Position numbers and translations under genes: made by a program | IMG/VR virus record: IMGVR_UViG_3300030330_005471 | DNA length: 64,000 nucleotides | Direction: 5' to 3' (one strand) | DNA from: a virus | Lineage: Duplodnaviria; Caudoviricetes | Part shown: positions 56,767 through 64,000 of the stretch, in pieces | Layout: each line of letters begins with the position of its first letter | Numbering within the stretch: position 1 is the first letter of the stretch | Notes under the pieces: model-generated | Database searches by the model: none | Seen by the model: only the letters and a program-made list of their open reading frames with translations | Told to the model about the DNA's origin: nothing

Positions 56767-56820
56767 TTGACAAGCATACAACAGTATGTTATAATATATA
56801 AGGATGCTTGACATCCTTTT
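56767..56820 (+). promoter_or_regulatory. sigma70-like promoter followed by a stem-loop
   Basis: TTGACA-17-TATAAT then aaggatg-cttga-catcctt. Confidence 0.8.
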
Positions 56821-56836
56821 ATTTTCTGGAGGCTAA

Positions 56837-57226
56837 ATGGAAATACTACTTTATATCTGCATTTTCTTTTGTGGATGGGTATGTCACTCCTTATTCTCCT
56901 ACACAATGTCTCTCGGATATTCCGTAATGTTGCTTCGGAAAGTCTTGAGAGACATTGTGTATATGATAACAAAGATAGTAGAAACAGCCTATCTTGTTCA
57001 TGAGATGAAGATCTTACAACTTTACAAGTTGAATCTTTCAGATCGAGAAATAGAGAATCACATAAAACTTCATGAGATTCAAATGGGCAACATAAAAAGA
57101 GATATTGTAGTTTCAATTACGAGAAACTTTCCAAATGCTTTTAGCAACTTGATTGAGTTTAACGATTGGGACACAATGATGAAATGGATAGATAAAGAAC
57201 TAAAAATCAAAAAGGAGGCCAAATGA
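56837..57226 (+). CDS. Membrane-anchored hypothetical protein
   Basis: Hydrophobic N-terminus; GGAGG RBS. Confidence 0.6.
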   Translation: MEILLYICIFFCGWVCHSLFSYTMSLGYSVMLLRKVLRDIVYMITKIVETAYLVHEMKILQLYKLNLSDREIENHIKLHEIQMGNIKRDIVVSITRNFPNAFSNLIEFNDWDTMMKWIDKELKIKKEAK

Positions 57227-57930
57227 GATTTAGTAAACAATTCACAACACCAAAGAAAGATAAGAAGAAGAGAAGAGCAAAACCGGTGCCTATCAAAGAG
57301 GCCCAAGAAGAGGCCCAAGATGGGGCCCAAGAACCAACAGAAGAGGAAAGAGAAGCCGCAGCTGCGTTGATGGCCGCCCTCACAGGTGGAGGCGAACAGA
57401 AAGACCTTCGCTCCATACTAATGTATGGCGATGTCAACGAAGACCGAGCAGCAGAAGTAATAGTTGGTATTATCAGCCTTTCGGAACAAGATCTAAAAGA
57501 AGGACAGGAACGACTGGATGATATGAAAATATATGTATCAACTTATGGTGGTTCTGCCGATGATATGATGTCAATATATGATATTATGCGGCTTGCAAAA
57601 AGCAAGTGCGACATTGAAACAATCGGAATGGGAAAGGTTATGTCAGCAGGGACGCTTATCCTTGCAGCAGGAACCAAAGGAAAGAGAAAGATTATGAAGA
57701 ACTGTCGAGTTATGATCCATGCAGTATCTGCTGGATCTGTTGGAGCGATTCACAATCTTCAAAACGAGATGGAAGAGATACAAGCGATTCAAGATGCTTA
57801 TATCCGTTGTCTTGTTGAGGAGACCGACTTGACAAAGAGACAACTCAAGAAGTTGTTAGACCAAAAGGTTAACGTATACCTTACAGCTGAAGAGGCTGTT
57901 GAATACGGCTTAGCAGACGAGGTAATATAA
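57223..57930 (+). CDS. clpP: ClpP protease subunit
   Basis: STYGGS, IYDIM, VMSAG, GTKGKR, RVMIH, YLTAEEAVEYGLAD. Confidence 0.92.
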   Translation: MRFSKQFTTPKKDKKKRRAKPVPIKEAQEEAQDGAQEPTEEEREAAAALMAALTGGGEQKDLRSILMYGDVNEDRAAEVIVGIISLSEQDLKEGQERLDDMKIYVSTYGGSADDMMSIYDIMRLAKSKCDIETIGMGKVMSAGTLILAAGTKGKRKIMKNCRVMIHAVSAGSVGAIHNLQNEMEEIQAIQDAYIRCLVEETDLTKRQLKKLLDQKVNVYLTAEEAVEYGLADEVI

Positions 57931-58803
57931 ATGGACGCAGAGTTTTACAATGAAGCCTCAGCATCTCGTCTTGGATGGACACCCGACTGGTTCGGGTGTT
58001 CTGAATTTGACGAAGAGCTGACGAAGGCTATTAAAAAATATCAAAAAGATAATGGCTTAAAGGCTGATGGCCTTTGTGGACCCGGAACATATCGAAGAGT
58101 ATGGACCGACCGACAAGCCACTTTGGAATACAGAAGAGACAGTATACCGGGACATAAGAATACAAGCATTATTTATAATAGTGATTACTTTGATATCGAA
58201 TGGGAGAAGGTTTTCCTTCCATTCATGTTTGGTGGTATGAAGTCTACCAAAGGCTACAAGAAGGTGGTTGAGAAGAGAGACATCAAAAATTTCGTATGTC
58301 ATTGGGACGTTTGTCTCAACTCTAAGTCGACTTGGAAAGTCTTGGAGAACCGTGGCTTGTCGGTACACTTCCTCATAGACAATGATGGAAGTATATACCA
58401 GTTGCTCGATATGAATCATATAGCATATCATGCCGGTTCATCCAAATGGAATGCAGCATCTGTTGGTGTTGAGATAGCAAACGCATACTACCCTAAGCAC
58501 CAGTCATGGTATGTTAAGCACGGTTTCGGAGAGAGGCCTATATGGGATAAGGCAAAAGTTCATGGCAAGACTCTAAAGCCATTCTTGGGCTTTTATGACG
58601 TACAAATGGAAGCTCTTAAGGCTTTAATGAAAGCTGTACACAACGCTACTGGTATCCCTTTGAAGACGCCAAATACCGATACAACATACAGAACGGCGGT
58701 TAATGGAACATATCGTGGGTTTATCTCGCATTATCATTTGAAAAAAACCAAGATCGATTGTGCCGGATTGAACATTGAAGAACTAATTAAGGCAATAGAA
58801 TAG
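57931..58803 (+). CDS. Endolysin: peptidoglycan-binding domain + N-acetylmuramoyl-L-alanine amidase
   Basis: AIKKYQ..GLKADGLCGPGT; VCHW, SVHFLIDNDG, AYHAG, SVGVEI, SHY..KIDC. Confidence 0.9.
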   Translation: MDAEFYNEASASRLGWTPDWFGCSEFDEELTKAIKKYQKDNGLKADGLCGPGTYRRVWTDRQATLEYRRDSIPGHKNTSIIYNSDYFDIEWEKVFLPFMFGGMKSTKGYKKVVEKRDIKNFVCHWDVCLNSKSTWKVLENRGLSVHFLIDNDGSIYQLLDMNHIAYHAGSSKWNAASVGVEIANAYYPKHQSWYVKHGFGERPIWDKAKVHGKTLKPFLGFYDVQMEALKALMKAVHNATGIPLKTPNTDTTYRTAVNGTYRGFISHYHLKKTKIDCAGLNIEELIKAIE

Positions 58804-58814
58804 GAGTTTCATAA

Positions 58815-60350
58815 ATGAAATTAGATGAAAAAGAAATAGAAAAACTTATTGAAGAGTTATTACAGGAGAGAAATGTTAAAATCAGAAATCCACAGAGCTC
58901 TGAGTCAGACGCGGATTATCTCCAAGCAATTTCTATTGGTCCCCAGTCAAAATCAAAGGCCCTAGATGCCGATCTTTCAAAAGCAAAAGGAAATGAACAA
59001 CCATTCGATAACGACGCAGAAATAAAGGCGGCTATTATCGCTCTCAGAGATCTTGTAGGAGAGCCAAATAATACTATTGATCTTGGCGATTTCGCCAGAG
59101 CCTCTGAGCTTGATGATGATGCACCAGCCAAAAAAATGGCACAATGGTTGAGTCAAAATGCTAATAGAGCCAAAGATCGATCAGAATATGGTGGCTATTT
59201 TCCTCAAGCGCGTGATTATGGAGACGAAGCAACTCAAGATTTGGCTAGTCCCGGTGATTCACCCAAGCAACAAGAGATAGACCCAGATAAACTTCCATTT
59301 TCAGATCCAAAAATATATAGTGCATCAGGTGGAGCTGGTCAATTTGGAGGAAAAATATTATCATCTTTTTCTTCTTTTTTCGAATCCATGGGGGCTGCTT
59401 CTTTGCAAGATAGAATCATAGCGATAAGTCAAGTTAGCAAAGCCATGATCAGTGAAGATACCACAGTCAAACTTAAAAATCTATTGCCAACCCACAGAGA
59501 ACAGCTTAATGCCGCTATATGTATGGATTATATGGCTGCACTGTTTAAAGAATTTGACCATGGAGCTGGGGCGTACTTTTTCGAAATGTTTGCCGGCATG
59601 ATAACCGGTGGCATTGTTTCTGGTAAGGGTATGAAAGGTGACGATTTTATAATGGTCAGCGATGGAGGCGATGCATTGGAAGGGAGCACTAAATTCTTTT
59701 CAGCCACCAAAGAAGCCGATCAAGCGTTAAGTGGCTTCACCGAAGGTGTAGAGGTCAATTACCTTTTTGCTTGGAAAAGAAGCGGAGGGGCAGTAGGTTC
59801 CGTTTCTTCAACAGCCGAACCAGATGAAATTTTAGAAATTGATCTTTATCAATTCTCTATCACAAAAAATAGCGACGGCTCAGTCACAGCCTCTGGCGAT
59901 GTTAGTGCCAGCGTAACTGGTGGACAAAACCCAAAAGTTCTGTTTGATATGAAATCTAGTTCAGGAGTGCCGGTCACAACAACTCTTTACCTTGCAAATG
60001 TATCAGGGAGACAAGGTTTCAAAACAGCACTTGAAAGTGGACTAAAGAAAGAAGAAAAGGGTTTACAAGATGCATATGAACATTTTAAGAAATATATTGA
60101 AAATATGCAATTATCATCCCAACTTACAAAGTCTTACATAGCCGATGGGAGGACCACAGATGCAACAGAAAGCATTAGCAAACTAAAACTGGCTGATACT
60201 AGTTTAAAAAACCTTTATAAAAGTGGAGATTCAAAAGCAGAAGGCTTCGGCAGAAAAGTATCAAGAGGAAAAGTCTCCGAATCCAAATTCGAATCCCTTG
60301 ATAAACTGATAGCCGAAACAATGCGAGACATAAGAAAAAAACGAAAATAA
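58815..60350 (+). CDS. Candidate internal head protein with possible nuclease-fold core
   Basis: CTAATTAA at 58783; MKLDEKEIEKLIEELLQE leader; GAYFFE..GG..DD..STK. Confidence 0.5.
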   Translation: MKLDEKEIEKLIEELLQERNVKIRNPQSSESDADYLQAISIGPQSKSKALDADLSKAKGNEQPFDNDAEIKAAIIALRDLVGEPNNTIDLGDFARASELDDDAPAKKMAQWLSQNANRAKDRSEYGGYFPQARDYGDEATQDLASPGDSPKQQEIDPDKLPFSDPKIYSASGGAGQFGGKILSSFSSFFESMGAASLQDRIIAISQVSKAMISEDTTVKLKNLLPTHREQLNAAICMDYMAALFKEFDHGAGAYFFEMFAGMITGGIVSGKGMKGDDFIMVSDGGDALEGSTKFFSATKEADQALSGFTEGVEVNYLFAWKRSGGAVGSVSSTAEPDEILEIDLYQFSITKNSDGSVTASGDVSASVTGGQNPKVLFDMKSSSGVPVTTTLYLANVSGRQGFKTALESGLKKEEKGLQDAYEHFKKYIENMQLSSQLTKSYIADGRTTDATESISKLKLADTSLKNLYKSGDSKAEGFGRKVSRGKVSESKFESLDKLIAETMRDIRKKRK

Positions 60351-60353
60351 TAC

Positions 60354-60382
60354 TTGACAAATAACACAAAAGCGGTTATAAT
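60354..60382 (+). promoter_or_regulatory. sigma70-like promoter of groEL
   Basis: TTGACA-17-TATAAT. Confidence 0.8.
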
Positions 60383-60412
60383 ATATACATAAGTTTAAAA
60401 CATGGAGGCCAA

Positions 60413-61984
60413 ATGAACAAAACTTATTCAAACGGTAGTGCTTTGTCCGAAGCTCTACTAAGAGGTATCGACACTCTTGCTGATAATGTAGCAAGTACTC
60501 TCGGGCCAAAAGGACGCAATGTGATTCTATATCACAAAGAACAGAACACTCCTGTCGTAACGAAAGACGGAGTAACCATCGCCAAGTTTGTTGAACTTGA
60601 TGACCCTGTTGAGCACGTTGGTGCACAGATTGTAAAGCAAGCAGCCGAACAGTCAGCCAATACAGCAGGTGATGGAACAACGACAACCACCGTTCTCGCT
60701 AGAGCCATGATCAAAGAAGCCCAGAAGTATATTGTGAGCGGTGTTTCTCCAATTGAAATAAAGAGAGGAATGGATCAAGCTTGTGAACAGATCGTTGAAA
60801 CACTCAAAGAGTCTGCGAGGCAAATAAGATCCGAAGAAGACATCAGAGATATTGCAACTATATCAGCAAACAACGATAAGTCCATTGGGACACTTGTGTC
60901 CACAGCTGTTGATAAAGCCGGAAAAGATGGCTCTGTGCTTATTGAAGAGGCTAGGTCTATGCGAACCACCTTGGAACTCATAGAAGGCTTTAGAATGGAC
61001 ACTGGGTACCTTGCAAGCTCATTTATAACCAATGAGAGAACAGGTACTGTAGAATATGATAATCCACTTATCTTGGTTACAGATGATAAGGTGGAACATG
61101 TAGAACAAATTTATCCAACTTTGGAATTAGCAGCAAGAGAATCCCGTCCTCTTGTTTTGGTGGCCTCCGAAGTGGAGGGTCAAGCTCTTGCTGCCCTTAT
61201 TATGAATAGCGTTAGAGGTACGATGAAAGTCTGTGCCGTTAAAGCACCCAGATATGGCGAGGAACGGAGAAAGATTCTTCGTGACCTCTGCCTGTCTGTT
61301 GGAGCCACTTTTATAACTAGGGAAGACGGGCTGCAACTAAAGGACATTCAACTCGGTCACTTTGGTCAGTCAAAGTCTATCTCCGTAGGAAAACTATGGA
61401 CAACTATCGTTGGAGGTAAAGGAGACTATGATGGTATTGATAAACAAATAGGTGCTCTCAAGGTCGAAATTTCTCAAACTGATAATATAAAAGAGTGTGA
61501 GCGTATCCAAGAAAGGATTACAAGACTCGCATCAGGAGTTGCAGTTATTAGAGTCGGTGCACCCACCGAGGTCGAAATGATTGAGAAGAAACATCGCATT
61601 GAAGATGCTCTCGAAGCAGTAAGATCTGCTCAAGAAATGGGGGTGATCGCCGGTGGTGGATCTTCGCTTGTAAGGATGTCTGAGGCAGTAACAGTCGTCT
61701 CTAAAGAGAAAGGTGCTATGTTAGGCTTCCAAATAGTTTTGGACGCTTGTGAGGCTCCTCTGCGGCAAATGTGTTTAAATGCAGGGGAGTCACCGGACAT
61801 TATCGTAAACAAAGTTAAAAGTTCAAGCAGAAACAATGGATACAACTTCATGACCGGAGAGATAGAAGATTTCTTTGAAACAGGTGTTATTGACCCTGTA
61901 AAAGTTACCATTTCGGCTCTTGAAAACGCCACATCTGTCGCATCAACACTAATTACAACAAATCATGCAATAGTCAAAACATAG
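60413..61984 (+). CDS. groEL: Chaperonin GroEL
   Basis: TLGPKGRNV, TKDGVTIA, AGDGTTT, VKAPRYG, ERITRLASGVAVIRVG, GVIDPVKV; lacks GGM tail. Confidence 0.97.
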   Translation: MNKTYSNGSALSEALLRGIDTLADNVASTLGPKGRNVILYHKEQNTPVVTKDGVTIAKFVELDDPVEHVGAQIVKQAAEQSANTAGDGTTTTTVLARAMIKEAQKYIVSGVSPIEIKRGMDQACEQIVETLKESARQIRSEEDIRDIATISANNDKSIGTLVSTAVDKAGKDGSVLIEEARSMRTTLELIEGFRMDTGYLASSFITNERTGTVEYDNPLILVTDDKVEHVEQIYPTLELAARESRPLVLVASEVEGQALAALIMNSVRGTMKVCAVKAPRYGEERRKILRDLCLSVGATFITREDGLQLKDIQLGHFGQSKSISVGKLWTTIVGGKGDYDGIDKQIGALKVEISQTDNIKECERIQERITRLASGVAVIRVGAPTEVEMIEKKHRIEDALEAVRSAQEMGVIAGGGSSLVRMSEAVTVVSKEKGAMLGFQIVLDACEAPLRQMCLNAGESPDIIVNKVKSSSRNNGYNFMTGEIEDFFETGVIDPVKVTISALENATSVASTLITTNHAIVKT

Positions 61985-62005
61985 ACTATTTAGACGGAGA
62001 TAAAT

Positions 62006-62269
62006 ATGACAGATGAACAAATGCAAAACTTATTAACTTCCATAATCGAAATGAAGAACAACATTGAGAGAATGGCAGAAAAGCAAGAAGAAATGATTGA
62101 CGATGTCAAGCAGATTAAAAAAGCAGTATACGATCCAGAGCAAGGCTTATACGCTCGACTTAAAGCTTTGGAGAATTGGAAAGAATCCACATCAAAAGTC
62201 ATTTGGGTTGTTATGACATCCACCATTGGTTTAGTGACAGCTACACTATATCAAAATTTTTTAAATTAA
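62006..62269 (+). CDS. Coiled-coil protein with C-terminal TM helix (holin/XhlA-like candidate)
   Basis: GLYARLKALE..VIWVVMTSTIGLV; CTATTTAG at 61986. Confidence 0.45.
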   Translation: MTDEQMQNLLTSIIEMKNNIERMAEKQEEMIDDVKQIKKAVYDPEQGLYARLKALENWKESTSKVIWVVMTSTIGLVTATLYQNFLN

Positions 62270-62278
62270 GGAGATAAT

Positions 62279-62572
62279 ATGAGAGTAAAAATAGCATACT
62301 CAATTGAGATAGAAGAGGTTGAGGATGAAGTCGTAGAAATAATGCAAAGAGCATTTAAACATATGGAAGAAGCGAACACACTGTCCACAGAGGCATCAAA
62401 CAGTTTGACAACAACTGATAACAATATCGAAACAATTGTCCAACAGATGGATACGGCAAGAATAAAACTAGCCAAAGCAGATATTATTCTATCAGATTGT
62501 CAGCAAATATTAACAGCTTATCATTCAACCCTTCAGAAGATAGCTGAAGGAGCTGAAGATGATGAAACTTAG
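62279..62572 (+). CDS. Hypothetical helical protein
   Basis: AAGGAG RBS. Confidence 0.6.
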   Translation: MRVKIAYSIEIEEVEDEVVEIMQRAFKHMEEANTLSTEASNSLTTTDNNIETIVQQMDTARIKLAKADIILSDCQQILTAYHSTLQKIAEGAEDDET

Positions 62573-62849
62573 AACAGGTGACTTGGTACATGTACCAGCA
62601 GGTGCCTACAGGATAAAGTTCATGGAAGATGAAGAAGATGGTCAAATGCACATTCCATGGAATTGCAATCTTTCAATGAAACCCTTGTTGGGAATATTCA
62701 AGGAACACATCAATGAGAGAGAGTGCGTCGTGTTGTTTCACGATGGAGAGTGGGTCGTAGACTCACAAAGCGTGTATGTAAAAAACAAAGGAGATAGAAA
62801 TGTTAGAATTAATAAACATAACAAAGACTGGGCGAACTTGGCATCTTAA
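62559..62849 (+). CDS. KOW/SH3-like hypothetical protein
   Basis: KLRTGDLVHVP..LGIF..VVLF. Confidence 0.55.
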   Translation: MMKLRTGDLVHVPAGAYRIKFMEDEEDGQMHIPWNCNLSMKPLLGIFKEHINERECVVLFHDGEWVVDSQSVYVKNKGDRNVRINKHNKDWANLAS

Positions 62850-63075
62850 CAAGGTCGTTGTGAATCCTGAACATATATCAATAGTTGTCGAGGCGAATGA
62901 CATAAATAATATGCTCAAGGAAGGCAAATTAAACATGGGCTTGAATGAGCATGTCACATTCAGCAAAATAACTATGTCTTCTAAGAGTGGTTTCGATGAA
63001 TTGATCGTTGTTGGATCTCCAACTGAACTGTTGGAGAAAATGAGAAAAACTTCAAAACAATTGTTAAAGGGATAG
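62800..63075 (+). CDS. FlbD-like small protein
   Basis: VVNPEHISIV..SKITM..LIVVGSPTELLEKM. Confidence 0.45.
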   Translation: MLELINITKTGRTWHLNKVVVNPEHISIVVEANDINNMLKEGKLNMGLNEHVTFSKITMSSKSGFDELIVVGSPTELLEKMRKTSKQLLKG

Positions 63076-63078
63076 TGT

Positions 63079-63336
63079 ATGTTTGTAATTTATGGTAAGA
63101 AAAAATGTGGTTTCTGTAAGAGAGCAATTGAATGGCTGAGAGTCAATGGATACGACTTTCGATACTGCTCTATGGATGAAAAGCTAGAAGAGTTAAAGGA
63201 ACTTTCAACTATTTATAATTGGAATACCGTGCCGATGATAATCCAAAACAAGGACGGTCAGGAGCTCTTTATCGGTGGATACGATGATCTTATCAAAAGA
63301 ATGCAAGTCAAGACATCTGAGGAAGATGATAAGTAA
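63079..63336 (+). CDS. Glutaredoxin
   Basis: IYGKKKCGFC, TVPMI, FIGGYDDL. Confidence 0.93.
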   Translation: MFVIYGKKKCGFCKRAIEWLRVNGYDFRYCSMDEKLEELKELSTIYNWNTVPMIIQNKDGQELFIGGYDDLIKRMQVKTSEEDDK

Positions 63337-63682
63337 AATAATAAAACTTATAGACCATGAGCTTTATTGTGAGGTTCACCTTAAAGAAGAATCTTCGTAC
63401 TTCTTTCCAGCAGAAGACTATTATGATAATGATGGGAACTATGGAGACTTATTGGTTAAAAGTCGAAGATCGAACTGGGACACAATATTAGAAATGGTTC
63501 CTTTGATTGGAGAAGCGCATACACACTATCTTATGTTGACTGAAGGAATAGAAGAGGAAGAGAAGCCACCAATAATAGAGTACTATGAACACTGGAGAAA
63601 GGGAATTTATTGGCTAAAGGCTCAAGGCTTTAAGGTAGATGAAGTCGAATGTTATAAAAGAATGTTAAAGAGGTTATCGTGA
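63326..63682 (+). CDS. Hypothetical protein
   Basis: ATG after GAGG; fills gap. Confidence 0.55.
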   Translation: MISKIIKLIDHELYCEVHLKEESSYFFPAEDYYDNDGNYGDLLVKSRRSNWDTILEMVPLIGEAHTHYLMLTEGIEEEEKPPIIEYYEHWRKGIYWLKAQGFKVDEVECYKRMLKRLS

Positions 63683-64000
63683 TAAACATAGTAAAAGAGA
63701 GAACACAAACAGAAAAAGTTATTTCTTTCCTTTCCACATTTAAAACAGAGAAGACAATTTATGTCCCAATGTTACAAGATGGTGTTATTGAATCTAGCCT
63801 ATCAGTAAACAACAAACTCCTTTGCAAACCAGCAGATGAAAACTTTAAAGTTCTCTGGGAGATATTAAAAGAACAACCAAAATCCTTATCTCGCTTTATT
63901 GAGATATATCAAGACCCATCAGAGACTAGTGCGTCTTTATCCAAAGTGTTGGAGATTCAACAAACAAAGCTACCTAAAGCATACACCCTACTCAGCCTGT
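63679..64000 (+). CDS. 3'-truncated hypothetical protein
   Basis: GTG start overlapping previous stop; open to window end. Confidence 0.5.
   Translation, partial: MINIVKERTQTEKVISFLSTFKTEKTIYVPMLQDGVIESSLSVNNKLLCKPADENFKVLWEILKEQPKSLSRFIEIYQDPSETSASLSKVLEIQQTKLPKAYTLLSL

Noticed and set aside
1026-62966. Numerous minus-strand ORFs and short alternative-frame ORFs in the track
   Set aside because: They are shadows of long + strand genes, lack RBS or motifs, and promoters point in the + direction
1-64000. Stop-codon reassignment or tRNA genes
   Set aside because: Conserved genes are intact in code 11 and end in TAA, TAG or TGA; no cloverleaf seen by eye in the few intergenic gaps (tRNAscan not run)
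63679-64000. Weak resemblance of the last ORF to a Dam-type methyltransferase N-terminus
   Set aside because: SAM-binding FxGxG motif absent and gene truncated; cannot support the call

Overview
A 64 kb fragment of a large lytic tailed dsDNA bacteriophage with a T4-like (gp23/gp18/gp19-type) myovirus virion. All credible genes are on the + strand, tightly packed, in standard code 11. Positions 1-25.2 kb are a late structural module: fibre/decoration proteins, scaffold, major capsid, neck, sheath, two tail tubes, tail/hub chaperone, tape measure and baseplate. Positions 25.2-64 kb hold replication, metabolism and accessory genes: a minimal family A polymerase plus DnaE, a tubulin-like protein, SSB, RecA, UvsE, 5'-3' exonuclease, DnaB, NrdJ, ThyX, dUTPase, adenosine deaminase, a fatty-acid hydroxylase, GroEL/GroES/J-domain/ClpP/ClpS, an R-M pair and an amidase endolysin. 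Two promoter classes are visible: about 16 near-consensus sigma70 promoters in the right part, and a CTAnTTA motif in front of structural genes. Main leads: (1) CTAnTTA-marked genes scattered in the early region encode proteins with a shared head-protein-like leader, one fused to a T3 SAM-lyase/DUF3293-like domain and one to a possible nuclease fold; (2) two foreign-looking genes are each bracketed by 52-54 bp direct repeats that are complete promoters; (3) a +1/-2 frameshift candidate in the chaperone gene before the tape measure; (4) a pseudoknot-like leader before ssb; (5) an unannotated metallothionein-like peptide. All calls come from reading motifs by eye; no database searches were run.
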